Part shown: one piece after another, positions 37,696 through 51,500 of the stretch | How the letters are laid out: every line of letters begins with the position of its first letter | How positions within the stretch are numbered: position 1 is the stretch's first letter | Assembly: GCA_030704615.1 (NCBI GenBank) | Contig: CM060732.1 | Span: 21,514,001 to 21,578,000 of the forward strand | Direction: 5' to 3' | Length of the DNA: 64,000 nucleotides | Source of the DNA: Takakia lepidozioides | Taxonomy: Eukaryota > Plantae > Bryophyta | Notes under the pieces: generated by a model | Seen by the model: the letters and a program-made list of their open reading frames with translations, nothing else | Database searches by the model: none | What the model was told of the DNA's origin: nothing | Position numbers and translations under genes: made by a program

Positions 37696-38460
37696 TTAGT
37701 CATGACTACGAGATTTAGCTGAGGTTGGTGGTGGGAGAGCGGAGCTCCGCCCTCCCGCTTTTGACGAGGAGAAGCTCACATTTTGAAACGCCATACTTCC
37801 ACTATCTAGTCCGACTCCCGCAAATATTGTCTCCTCGTCAATATCCACGACATCCAATTGAGCTTGTATCACACTAAAGAGATAAGTTCCACATAGTAAG
37901 CCCCATGCTCTGTTCTTCTCCATCTCCTTGTGCATTCGACTTTGACCACTCACAAACTCCGCCCAATTGTACATCATCCCACTATTTACTACACCCATGG
38001 TTGCTTCCAATAACTTCAAATACAAATAAGTAGTTTTCTGTTTTAAGACCAACCTACTATTCATGAATCACATCCATTCCAAATAGATTGGTTTCATTGC
38101 CTCGGCCACCTTCCAACCACTTGATGTTTTAGACAAGCCCTTTCTAGAAAAATTGCCCCGGATCTTCCATGTCTTTAAACCTCTCGCTTTCCACATGCAC
38201 GTCCGAAATTGGTAGAAACATGATCTTGTGGAGCATCTCAGCATTCACCAATATCCTCTTATCCCATATTTTGCACTCTCCATCTGTGGTATTATAATTA
38301 TGCATGAATTCACTGACCAAAGTGGAAGGAGTTGGTAATTGCCTGGACCATTGCAAACATTCATACAATCCAGCCTGTTTACAATTGACGTTGCTCCGGC
38401 TCCAGTATTAACCATCCACGTTCAAAGCTTTCATTGGTTTCATCACCGTCATCGGTATTG
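37696..38460 (-). pseudogene. Decayed retroelement accessory ORF (plant-mobile-domain-like)
   Basis: Homologous to 8860-9400 and to the tail at ~41330-41450 (RRLVLKQQVSYLSLKLL vs SRLVLKQKTTYLYLKLL). Confidence 0.55.
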
Positions 38461-39659
38461 TTGACAATTCTCTCAATTGCTCTACTCTCAATCGTCATGT
38501 ATATGCTTAACAGCTTATAATTTGTTCCAAAAATATCTTAAGAAAGAAATGTTTATAAGGAGGTTGCCCCGCTCCTATCTCTCACCATATGCCTCTTTTC
38601 AAATTATGAAAGAAAGAAAACTAAAAATCTTAAAGTTATAACCGCCTTAACCATCTAATAAATAGGATAAAATAAATAGTACAAAAATAAATATTATTTT
38701 GAAAATACTAATAATCCCTAAAAGGTATCCTGGTCAGAAATAATAAATTATTGTATTGAATAGTTATAATATTATGTAATAGGTAATTAGTGAATAATAA
38801 ATGATGAAGATCCAATAGTTAAAGTTGAATATTTAATATTTAATATTTAGGAAACGATGAAAAAAAAAACAAATGTTGAATATTAAATATTGAAGATCAG
38901 GTAGTTATAGATGAATATTGAATACTGAATCTTAAATATGAATATCAGGTATCAGGTAGTTATAAATGAATAGTGAATATTTGAATATTGAATCCTAAAT
39001 ACTGAATATTGAAGAATGGACATTGAGTAATGAAGATTGAATAATGAAGAATTTCTCCCCTTTTACTATTAATCCCGCCCTCGGGATTAATGATAGTATA
39101 ATTTTATTTGATCCCCATTAATGCGAGTAGGTAAATCCTCGCCTTCCTATAAATCGACAGATTTTGTTGCCCTCCTTTTACTCTACACTATAACTACCCC
39201 AAAATGTAAGAAAAACAATTTGTAATATCCCTGGATCCCAACAAAAATTCTCAAAACTGAGAAAGCAATATAATCTAAACCTCGTCAATTCTGAAAATCT
39301 ATCCTATTTAATAATCCCATCTATAACCTGATTTATTTTTCTATAACGCCCAGCCATCACTATTTCAGTAATACCCTCCCATCTTATTTTATACTTATTA
39401 AAGTATTGAACTTGTGACTGTGACATCTAACTTCACCTCTTGAATTTCAGATTGGCACAACCTTACATTATCTTTATGGTAGAAAAATAGATATACGTCC
39501 GATCTTGTGCCGTCATTTTCTTTCAGATGTGGAATGATCAAGCGTCTCAAGAGTGGATCCATTTCCAAACCAAAACATTTTTTTTTCAATCTTGAATTCT
39601 TCATGCCTTGAACATGGATAGAAAATGCTCTTGTATCCCAAACAATGACTGCAATGTCT

Positions 39660-40520
39660 TCTCCCTGATCATCAACCCAATCCGCATCAGTCCAGCCGTG
39701 CAACACTTGTTGATGTAATAGAGATAGGAAGACATCTCCACCATACTTAGCCCGACTTTATGAGAAAATTTGAGATATCATAAAACACTGACAACTGTCC
39801 AATAGAGTTGGCCAGGATCAGACATAAACTGAGCTAAATGCCCAACCATAAAAGAAAAGTTAGGTCAAGTGCATGTGACTAAGTTCATGAGACTGTATGG
39901 AACAGAGGCCATAACTACTTTATCGGAATGAGTGGTAGGCATCATAGACTTGGAAAATTTGATACCAGCTTCCAAAGGAGTAATGACGGGCTTACAATCA
40001 ATCATGTTAAATTTCTGTAAAATATCATAGATGTATTTGTCTTGACATAAGAAAATTTCCTTAGTAGCACGATTGCGTTTGAGCTGGATATCATGATGTA
40101 CTTGAGATAACCAATATTGCTCATACGGAACGCTTGAGCCATAATAGATTTTGCTTCATCCGAAGAAAATTGATTTTTTGAGACCAATAGTAGATCATTA
40201 ACATAAAGACCTAGAACAACTGGAACAACAAGTGGTTTTTATGTTGGACTACTTCCTTTTGGGTGTAGCTTTGAGCCACCAATCGAGCTTTAAACGTGGC
40301 AAGAGTCACATCTGAATGTATTTCCTGCAAAAGATCCATTTGTTTGTAACCACAGATATGTTGGGTGGTATCTCAACTAGTTGCTAAGTTTTATTTTCAA
40401 GTAATGAGTTTTACTGTCCTTGAATGGCGACTCTCCACTGTGCAGCATGAGGACTAGCCAATGTTTAAGAAACAGTGGAAAGATCAGAAAAACCTGAAGC
40501 CAAAAATGCGGAAGCATAAA
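39660..40520 (-). mobile_element. Highly decayed copia RT/RH fragment
   Basis: FKARLVAQ, LGLYVND, HGWTDADW motifs. Confidence 0.75.
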
Positions 40521-41449
40521 AGTTATCATCTCTGAATTTATTAGACTTCGAAGTGCCTTTAGTTGATCACTCAGATCTCTGAGAACCATCAGCAACTGAC
40601 GAAGAGTTGCGAGGTGTAGTCGAGAGAGAGGATGTACCATAACGAGTAGCATGTAGATTATTATGGAGTTTCGAATTAGATTAAAGGATCTAATTAACTC
40701 TACGGATTCGTTCTCACTGAAAGCATCCAAACAACCCAATGAAAAGCTATGTCATGATCAAATGTATTCTAATCTACGTAGTAACCATCAAATTATCCTT
40801 TGGTCTGCATTTCTAATTCTTCTGTTCCAATTTCAGATCCAAAATCTCTATTCTATACTCAAATACAACTATATTTGAATCATTTTGTAATAATCATAGT
40901 AATTGTCTTTCTCTACATTGAACTCTCCAGTTTCTATTCCAATTCTAAAATAATTCTACATATATTTCACACAACCAAGCAATAATTCAATGATTTATCA
41001 ATTTATTCTCTCCTACATTCCACCACAAGAATTCCACAATTCTACACTCCAATGTTCACAATAAATAGCTTTTCTAATTCAAAATGTCATGAATATCAAT
41101 TATTGAATTATAGGGCCTTATCTCCTTAGGTCTCTGCACCACCTTTTATTTCTAACATCCAAAGTTTCTATCTATATGAACTGAAATTGACAAAACAATC
41201 AACTAGCATCTCTCTCTGCTAGGGCCTTGGCATTCTTGTACAAATGACCTCTTCTCCCACACAATCGCCCTTTTTATATCACTACTCTGAACGGTTCTAA
41301 CTACTTCACCAATTCTAACTACCCAAACTCATCATGCATTCTGGTGGCAACAAGTCTGCCACTTATACTTAATTCCCTGCATCGTTCCAATAGTTTGAGC
41401 GATAAATAAGAAACTTGTTGCTTCAGCACCAACCGCCTGTTTACAAATT

Positions 41450-42565
41450 GCCTCCACATTTCCTCAGTGGGACGATTTTGTAACGCAAGATCCTTGCTTT
41501 CCACCTTCTCTCGAAGAAAATGATACCGTAATTCGATATGTTTGGTGCGACCGTGAAAGTGAGGGTTTAATGTCAAGGCAATGCACGGTTGATTATCACA
41601 ATGAAGTGATAATGCTTCAGGTTGTTCAAACCTCAAATCCTTAAACATGTAACGGAGCCAGATGGCTTCTTTGGCAGCAGAGGCAGCAGCTATGTACTCA
41701 GACTCGGTAGATGAGAGAGCAACGGTAGACTGATTATATCGTTCCCCACCCCCCAAATAAGAAGACGTATCCAGAGGTGGATTTCCGAGAGTTTGGGTCT
41801 CCTGCCCAGTCAGCATCTTGTTTGGCGCTTGCAGAGTAGTGAAGACCCCACTTACTAGTATATTTTAAGTATTGAAGGATCCGTTTAACAGCAGCCCAAT
41901 GTAAAGGAACCGGATTGGCCATAAATTGAGCATAATGGCCAACCGCAAATGTAAGGTCAGGTCGAGTATTGCTGACCAAGTACATGAGATTGCCAATAAT
42001 ATTGGCATATGGGACATCTTTCATCTCAAGCTGTTCTGCAGGAGTGAGGGGACTCATTAATTAGTGAGTTTAGCACCAAAAACCATTGGAGTAGTGACAA
42101 CTTACTATATGTCATGTTATACTTTGTAAGAATATTAGAAATACACTTCTCTTGAGTGAGTAAAATGGACTGGTTGGACCTGTTACGCACCACTTGTATA
42201 CTGAGGCAATAAGATAAAGGGAAATAATCACGGAGTCATCAACGTAGAGACCTAGGAGGAGAAAAGTTCCATCTCTCGTCCTGCGAATATAAATATTGGT
42301 ATCGCCATGACACGGAGTGTAGCCTGTATGCAAGAGATGAGTGTTGAATCGCACATACCACATACGGGGACTCTGTTTCAACCCATAGAGGTTTTGAATA
42401 ATCTGCAGACTTTATTTTCTTGGCCTATTGGAACGTACCCGGGTGGTTGTTGCATGTAGATTTCCTCAGTAAGTTGTCCGTGAAGGAAGGCTGTTTGAAC
42501 ATCAAGTTGATGTATATAATAATCATTAATTGCAGATAAGGCAATCAGAATGCGGAGAGAAGTGA
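41450..42565 (-). mobile_element. Decayed copia RT-RNase H fragment
   Basis: IHQLDVQTAFLHG, LGLYVDD, TRPDL, DADWAGD, SSTESEY, CDNQ, RTKHIELRYHF. Confidence 0.92.
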
Positions 42566-43246
42566 TTTCTTCATCTGCCACCTTCTAGCCACACTCTTTC
42601 GTCCTTGCCTTTCCTCCACTAAAATACTGCTCTGGATTCACCATCGTGCACTCCTCCATCTCTACCTCTAGTAGGCAATCCCAATGTTTAGTTCAAAGTC
42701 TACTCATTTACCATAATTTATTTCCCTTGCACAATATTCTCTTCCGTAGCCAAATCATAATTCTCTAGGCACTCAGTTAACAATTTCACCGAAGCCTATG
42801 GCAACTCCCCTAACCAATTCAAGAATTCCAACAATCCTGCATTATACCAAACTCTTTCTCTTTCTCTGTCGGGCATCAATATGCGTACGCCAACCTTTTC
42901 TAACATCGTTGACAGTACATCTTCCATCTTAGCTAGTTTTTTTTTCCCGGTCATTGTGCTCTACTATACTCTTCTTCACTCTCTTTGTCACTTACTCCCA
43001 AGCTGCCTAAGATTCCTATATATATATATATATGTTTTCCTATGCCCAATTATACTCTATCACTCACAGTTCAGTATGCTATTGTTCAGCAGAAGGAAGA
43101 CAATAAAATGGCAAGTTATAACCGCCATGCGCCTAATTTACACTATACCTACTATAAATAAACTCCATATCGGCTATTAAATACAACAATAAATAAATAC
43201 ACCCAATAAACACCCCCCCTTGTCTAACATTGAGCCTGTCCCGGGA

Positions 43247-45700
43247 TCAATGATAATATAACTTAAGATGATCTCCATTTATCCATGTAGATAGTGGATC
43301 CCCATCCCAGATAACCAATTGAACTGATCCATTGGAAAATACTTCTATTACTCGATAAGGACCTAACCAACGCATTTTTAATTTCCCAGGAAACTTCCGG
43401 AATGGATTATCATAAACAAATACTGAGTCATCAGCTTTAAAACTCTTAGGCTTCAACCTACTATCATAATAATCCTTCCGCCTCCTCTGAGTGATTTCAA
43501 TATTTTGTAACGTATGCTTGCCGCCATACTTCGTCCAATCGCTCTAATTGTACCAATCTTTCAGCTAAATTGACTTGTCATTATAATGAGTCAATCCACC
43601 ACCGCAATCCGTAAAGTAGGGTTTCTAATTCCGATGGTATAACATCTTCTAATCCATAAACCATGTGAAAATGAGTTTGTCCTGATATGCCCATAAAGCA
43701 CCAAATAATTTAGAATCCCAATCAGAACCAACACCAATTACAGTTATAGTTAAATACCACATAATAGTCCATTTGTCTCCTCTGTTTGCCCATTGGCACG
43801 GGGATGATACAGAGAAGTTTTCCTATGCTTGATCAAATAACGCTTAGTCAACCATTCAATAGTAGAATTTTAAACATGAGTACCCCAGTCACTAACAAGT
43901 TCCAATGGACAACCAAATTTCGAAATAATATTTTCATGTATAAATTGAGCTATAACCTTAGCAGTATCCTTCCAAGTGGCTTGGGCCTCTGCCCATTTAG
44001 TGACATATTCAGTTGCAACCAAAATATAACTTTTTGTCCATTACCGAGAAGCTGGAGCAATGGAGCCCACAAAATCATACCCCATTTCTCAAAGGGAATT
44101 TGTGCCAAAATATGAACTAGTGGCATAGAACTAGAAAATATGGGTTTTCCAACTCTTTGACATGTGTCACATCTGCGAATGCATCCTTAAACAAGGTGGG
44201 CCACCAATATCTTGCCAATAAAGCCTTCCTCCCTGTAGAATCTCCTTCAAACTATCCTCCACACGCGTCAGCATGGCATTCTTCCAACACTAATGCTACT
44301 TCTGCCGCCGTCACACAACATTGCAAAACTTGGACTTTCCCCAACTTATACAAAGTACCGCCCAATATTATATATGGTAACGCCTTCTCCGCCAATCGTC
44401 GATTTTCTTTTGGGGATGATTCCTCCGGATACACATGGATCGATAAAAAATTGAAAATATCAGCATATTCACCATTAATCACATCCACCACAAAAAGATC
44501 TGCATTTGGCAAAGCATCATTAATAGGTTCTACTCCAAGTTCTTGTGACAATCGACTCTTGAATGATCAGCATTAATATGCTATGTGCTTGGACGAACAA
44601 CCACTATATATTTAAATTCTTGTAGCAAAATAACCCATCGAGCAATCCTCCCACTCAATTGAGGTTTGTTTACCAAATATTTTAAAGCATCGTCATCAAC
44701 ATGGAAAACAAATGGGTAACCCAACAAATAATGCCGAAATTTTTGAATAGAGTAAATCATTCCCAATGCCTCGAGATCGTTCTATTGTGGTATAATTAGC
44801 CTTAGCAACGACCATATGTCTGCTAGCAAAATAGATGGGATGGTCGAAGGACCTCTCGTCCTTTTGACTTAGAATGCTTCCAATAGCATAGTTGGATGCA
44901 TCCACATAGACAATCAGTGGTAAATGTAGTTTTAGGCCTATCTTCTTCTACAATGGAAATTTGATTGTATCCAGAGAACCCATCCAAAAATGAGTAACAC
45001 TCATGACCAGCGACTACATCCAATATACTATCATTAAAAAGAAGTGGGAAGTAATCCTTTCTAGTGACTGCATTCAACTTCCAGAAATCTTGACAGATCC
45101 TGATTTGTCCATTCTTCTTAGGCACCATGACAATTGGAGATACCCACTCACTATGGGGTATTGATTAAATGTATCCCATCTTCAGCAATTTATCCAATTC
45201 TTCCTTCACCATCAACCAATATTTTGGGTTCAAACGGTGTTGTCTCTATCTCACCGGAACTGCTCCTTCCTCCAAAATTATATGACGCAAATGGTTGGTG
45301 GGGCACCCTTCAAATCTTTGTAAGTCCATGCAAATGATTCTTTGTTACGCTTAAAAAATCCTTGTCATAATTCTTTCTTTACACCACCAATAACAGCTCT
45401 GATAGAGATAAGGGCTCTTGAATCCGGCTCTCATATGTTCAACTCAATGATTGAATTTTGCTTTTCCTTGTGCACCAATGGACCTTCAGCAGGACCATCC
45501 CATGTATCTTCGAAAATCTCAAAGGATTCCCATTCCAAATCTGTTCTCACCATTCTGACATTAACTGAATTCAACCAATCTTGATTATAAAGGTGTTGCC
45601 TTGATCTATATCATAAAGGGAATTAGTGAAACAATTATACGCTCTACCACTTCTCGTATACTTCGGTAGAGTGCCTCCTTGCATAAGATAATGATGGCGA
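43247..45700 (-). mobile_element. Decayed Ty3/gypsy pol fragment (RT-RH-INT)
   Basis: VPKKNGQIRICQDF, FLDGFSGYNQI, DASNYAIGSILSQ, GRIARW, ECHADACGG, GKLKMRWLGPY. Confidence 0.92.
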
Positions 45701-45828
45701 GTGCCTGACTGATCTTCATCATCCTCTTCACTCCATCCTCCGGTTCTGAGGTAAATGGGGACTCTTCATCTTGCGTTTCTCCATGGTATATTTGGACTGG
45801 GTACATTTGCAAAACTATTTTATCCACT

Positions 45829-47290
45829 CTACCTTAGCTGTATTAGTATGAATGGCCATGGCTTCAGCCCATTTGGTAACATACTCAGTAGCCACAAGGA
45901 TATAACGCTTCTGACCATTGCAGGGGAAGCAGGGGCGATAGGACCTACAAACTCAATATCCCATTTCTCAAAAGGTGCCTGTGTAAGTATTGGAACTAAT
46001 GGCATTGAACTCGATCGCACGGGTTTGCCTAATCGCTGACAAACGTCACAACGACGAACATAAGCAAAAGAGTCTTTGAACAATGTTGGACACCAATAGC
46101 CCGATAAGAAAACTTTCCGTCCAGTGCATCGCGTGCAAAATGGCCACTATATGCCTCGGCACGACATCATTTCAATATCGTGGGAACTTCGGCGTCTAAA
46201 ATACATCGCCTCAAAACTTCATCTTTCCCTAGTTTATACTATGTTTCACAAATAATTGTATATGGAGCAGGCTTCTCAACCAATTGGCGCTTTTGTTTAT
46301 CGATGTAACCTTCAAGAAATTGTTGTTATGGAGGATATATGCCTTCACGTGTCGTTAGTGACGTAATCCAAACTTGACCATAATCACAAAAGTACATGTT
46401 TTTGAAAATTTGACCTTGGGCCACCCTTCATCTATAATAAATGGTTATATTTAATGAAGACAGTTCATGGGGTATTTTGGTTTTCATATTGTAACGGACT
46501 TTATGAAAAAGGCTGTTATTGACCAGTAGGTTGATAAAGTACATAAAATTTAGTTTAATGAGTAAAAATGTTAAAAAACTCTCACACTAGATTCTTTATC
46601 ATAATAACAAGGGAGGGCTAAGTCCTTTATTCCAATTATGTTACAAAATCTAACAGATAATGAGTCCATAACAAGTTTTGTATGGACTGTAACAAAAGCA
46701 AAGATAATTAAAAATAATAGCATATTCTCTTGTCATGATATCGACCACAAAGATAGCAGCATCGGGGAAAGAATCGTCAATCGGCTCAATCCCCATCTCC
46801 TTTGATAATCGGCTCAAATGATCGGGATTAGCATGTTTCCGCCAGGGCGTACAACAACTTTATATGTGAATTCTTGCGATAGAATAACCCATCGAGCCAC
46901 TCTTCCACTTTATTGAGGTTTATTAATAAGATACTTCAATGCGTCATGATCAACATGAAAAACAAAAGGATACTCTAACAAATAATGACGAAACTTATGA
47001 AGAGAATAAATTATGCCCAATCCTTCTCGCTTAGTAGTAGTATAATCAATCTCATCAGCAGCCAATTGTCGACTAGCCAAATAAATTGGATTTCATCCTT
47101 TTGACTTAAAACACTACCAATTGCATAATTAGAAGCAACCACATAAACTTGAAATTCCTTGGTCCAATCGGGTGAGATCAAAATAGGTGTCTTAATTAAT
47201 CGGCCCTTCAACTCATTAAAGGAGTATTGACATTTTTTTGTCCAATGGGGTTCCGTACCATGCTCAACAATTGCGTTAAAGGCAAAGCAA
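45829..47290 (-). mobile_element. Second decayed gypsy RH-INT fragment, interrupted at ~46330-46720
   Basis: PILISPDWTKEF..ASNYAIGSVLSQ; GRVARW; GYWCPTLFKD..CDVCQR..PFEKWDIEFVGP. Confidence 0.88.
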
Positions 47291-47492
47291 GAATAATCCA
47301 GCGGACAAGGAACCAGAGGGATAACCTTTTCGGATCAGATCAATACACTCTAATTTCCACCTTAAGGGTTAAAAGGGGAAGATCTCTCTTAAGTGAAACG
47401 GACACACACTTTGTTATAACCACTTCCTTAAAATATGAAAAGTAAATGAATCTGAATTTTTCACAATTTCACTACACTGGAAATAGCACTTG

Positions 47493-47533
<41 letters not shown>
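47493..47533. repeat. (AT)n(AC)n microsatellite
   Basis: Directly visible. Confidence 0.95.
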
Positions 47534-47536
<3 letters not shown>

Positions 47537-47689
47537 GTGTTTGAATTGGAAGATCCTGTGAGTCTCCCTGGAGGATTAGCAAAAGTGAAGGACAAGGTCA
47601 AAGTCCCATGTGTCACTGCCTAGGTGTGGACTGAATTTCTTGGGTGTACTATTTTCTTTTGGATTCTAGTTCTACCATAGTGAGTAAGC

Positions 47690-48268
47690 AAGTTCCTAAG
47701 TTATACATTGAGGAATATTTAATATCATGCACGTATTAAACACATAGATATTCAGTTTCACTATAAGTTATTCATGAACAAGTTACTGTGGGAGAACTTC
47801 AAGTTTGTAAAACAGATCAAGTGTTAGCGGATGTACTCACTAAGGGTTTACCTAAGGGACACCAATATTTCTGTTTACAAGGGATGGGTGTTATTGACAG
47901 AACATCAAGTGTTCCAGTAGTCCATAAAGTAGACGTCAATGAATATGAGGACAGCGATGAAACCTAATTTATCTCTCATCAGTGGGAGTGTTGGACATAT
48001 TGGTGGCTCGAGTCAAGTTAGTGGAGATACAGAACAGAAGACATGAATAAGTTACTAGTAGATCTAACTAGTTACTATGAATTTTGACATCTTGAAACCT
48101 CTTACTATATTAAGGTGAGAGAGATAATTCTTGTAGGAGACATGGAGAAGACAAGAAACCAATGAGAGTCATCTGATGAGCTTTTGGTTTTGTCCAAGTT
48201 CTCTGTGTATTGTGTTGTATGTGTTATGAGTATTGCAAGTTACAGTTTATAAAGCAAACACGTTCACA
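47690..48268 (+). mobile_element. Copia 3' end: RNase H tail, PPT and LTR
   Basis: HARIKHIDIQFH..ADVLTKGLP; PPT agtgggag then tgttgga at 47989; LTR end approximate. Confidence 0.8.
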
Positions 48269-48598
48269 TTCTGAAAACCGTAGCTACCCTACACCCTACT
48301 AACAGAAATCTGGTTTCAAATGGTCGCCTCTTTTATGTTCTGGACTTCATACTATACTTGAAAAACTACTGCATTAGAATTTTTTCGGTTTTGTGATTGA
48401 GGAAGCTTCGATTCATATGTACAAGCAACTTCTTTCATCACCTGTCCCGGGTTTCGCATGGGAAATCTAGACTCATTCTTCTGCTGACGTATAGGAATCA
48501 TTATGTGCAGGAGTCAATCAACCTGAGCACTAGAGACTTTTGAAGACAATCATGACCACAATAGTTGGTAGCTACTATTACTCATAAGCCCCGATGAG

Positions 48599-51500
48599 TT
48601 ACAGAATGGTATGATCTCCGCTCCCAGAGATGGCTGGACTGTATAGAAGTAGCATCCTCAGCTCCCACAGCAGGGGTGAGAGGCTTGGCCAAGAATCATC
48701 CTTTCCCAGTGCATCGTCAATGATCTGTCCTACTTGCAACAAGATTTGCTGCTTCATTCTGAAGTATACAACCCCGCCCTGCATCCACAGTTCATCCTTT
48801 TAAATCAATGCTCATTCCCTCGGCCCAGTTGCCACCAAAGCACACATCGAGAATACCAGCTAGTCTCATGCAGGAACATTTTGAAAACTGCTTCCATAAT
48901 ATCATGGAATCATTGGATACTATGATATACAAGTGAGCTATTACGAAAGGTATCTTCAGCAAAGCTGGAGCCAACGCCACTGGTACCACAGAATGATAAA
49001 GCCAAGAAGATATTCCAGAGGAACTGGGGGCACCGGACATAACACTGCAGGCTCTCAAGGTTGCTCCAAGTGTGAAACTCCAGGGTAAAGCCTCGGTGGC
49101 CATGACAACAGGTTGATCTTGTTGATGATTACAAGGCACCTGATGGTGATGATTCTGAAGAACTTCAAAGTGCATATACCAGTTCTCCAGGCCAAACGCT
49201 CTCAACGACTGGAGAGGTAGTGTTTCTGGCTATTGAAAAGAGGTAATACTAAACTTCCCTACTTCAATTGCAAGAGATACTGGAGGCTTTCAAAGAGTTA
49301 AGAGAGCAATATCTTACCGAAGACTTGATGGCACAGTAAAGCTGAACTTGCGGCCCTAAATGGCTCAGATTGTTCAGATAGCATAAAGGAGTTGCCCTCT
49401 CATTTTCCACTTGAGGATGTGACTGTAAGTACTTCGAAACTCTTTCTGTAATGGAGTTCACCGCAACTACATCGCCAGCAGGCAGCTGGAAAGTTGCCTC
49501 CAGCACCTTGGTCTTTGCTCGTGAGTAGTTTGTAATTATCTGTCAGTGTACACACCCTTCATTTCTGTCAAATCCACCATGTAAGTTTAAAAACAGAAAC
49601 ACCCCAACAAGCACAGTGAACCTCCAATATAGTGATCCTTCTGGCCTGAGTGTTTCAGCCTATGAAAACAGTATGCCCTGGTACCTTTGAGCTGGGAAAA
49701 CCAGTATGAAGATTTATTTAGTCCATGGTACATCTCCCCCAATCTCTAGTCTCTCTTACCCAAGCTGAATTTCCAGTAACTCAAAACCAACCAGTCAAAG
49801 CAACCTTTGATTTCTGAGGCATGACTAATTTCAACCTGGTTGGTGAAGGCCTGGTTGGGAACAAGGATGGGGATGCCATCTGAAAGAACTTTTGTCTGCA
49901 TGAAACCAATGTCCTGCACGCTCCCTGAAAATGACCCTGCCTGCAGGGCCACAATGACCTTAACATTAAGTCCACTCCAAACCCATAAAACCACAAAGTC
50001 GCTCTACGTATGATATTTCAAATCAATGAGGACTGCACTAATTGCATGTGTTTTGCTTTCAGCTGAGCGGACAACTTTCAAGGAGTCTGATTGGATGTTC
50101 GATTCTCCCTACACGAAGTGTTCACTAATCCTCAGATAGATACTATTGGTTCCTCATAGACGCAGTATCTCCTTCGCATCTTCGTCATTAATTCCCACAT
50201 GGATACCTTACTACAGCAAGGGTTGACCCGGAATCATGACTTGGAATCCTCCGGTCATGCTACACAATGACACTATGGCACATTAAGTTCACTTGTGCAC
50301 TTCTGAGAAGAACCTGCAACAACATCAATGGTTCCCCTTTACATGAGCACCAAGTCCTTATCTGGACTGAAAGAGAGGCTATAATAGCTTATATGCAGGC
50401 TCTCAACTTGCTGAATCTTCTCCTTATGTGTCACTGCTCTGGAAGACTTGCAGAGAACAGACAACGGGTTAGGGTGTACGTCTGAAAACTGACAAAGCTG
50501 AGAGAAAAGAGAGCGAACCTTGATTGAATCGCCAATCACAAAAGGCCGTGTGATGAGAAGAACCAATCCTCCAAAGAAGTTGCTCGCTACCTCCCTTGCT
50601 GCTAAACCTACTGCTAATCCTGTGACACACAGCCATGTGCCAGAATTGTGACTGCCTTGTGTGGATCCAAGATGGAACTAAATAAAAAATTGCTGATTTG
50701 CTAGCTTTAGTCACATACACTTATTAGCTTCCTAGCTGGACGAATGCTGCAATAGAGATGATGCAAAGAAGGAAAGTAGTATACCAGAGATGCCACCAAC
50801 TGCAAGAAGAGAATGGAGAGCGATCCCCATAACCTCTGCAATACATGAAGCAGCTAGAAAGTACAGGACCAATGAAACCACCTTGTCGACTCCCATTATA
50901 CGTGCCTGCACATCACCAAAACCCCCTGTGTCATATGTACCTGCAAACCATGGCTTGTGACTGTCATAGGTTTTGAACTGGAGCACCCATAACTATGAAA
51001 TATGAGTGCCATCCAAACGTTCCCAATTGGCTTAATTTGCATGTACGGGTCAAGTTCTATCTTTAGAGATCAATATGCACCACTGGAAGTGGGTGGTCGC
51101 AGCTGGAATATAGCCACCATGAAGCCCTGGTTACTATCCATCAAGTCCTGACACGTGTAAATATTCACACTTTTTCTCATAGCGAGGTCAACTCAACTAC
51201 TCTATCAATCATGTGCATGCTACAAACAGAGCAATCCAATCTGCCAGAGGCAAGGGGTTGCGTAGAGGAAGAAGAATAAGTAGTTCTCTGCAAACCTGAA
51301 GAGCCTACGGGACAGCAATTGAGTTCCACAAAGAAATTTCTGAAGCCAAAAAAACCTCAAATACTAAACACTTGAGGGACCCTTTGAAATTTAACCAATC
51401 AGCAATGTTTGGAGATGAATCCCTTATGCAGGTATGCAGTTCGGCACTCCCAGTCTTTGTAATCCAATGGCTTAACAAGAACAAGCAATCTAAATAGAGC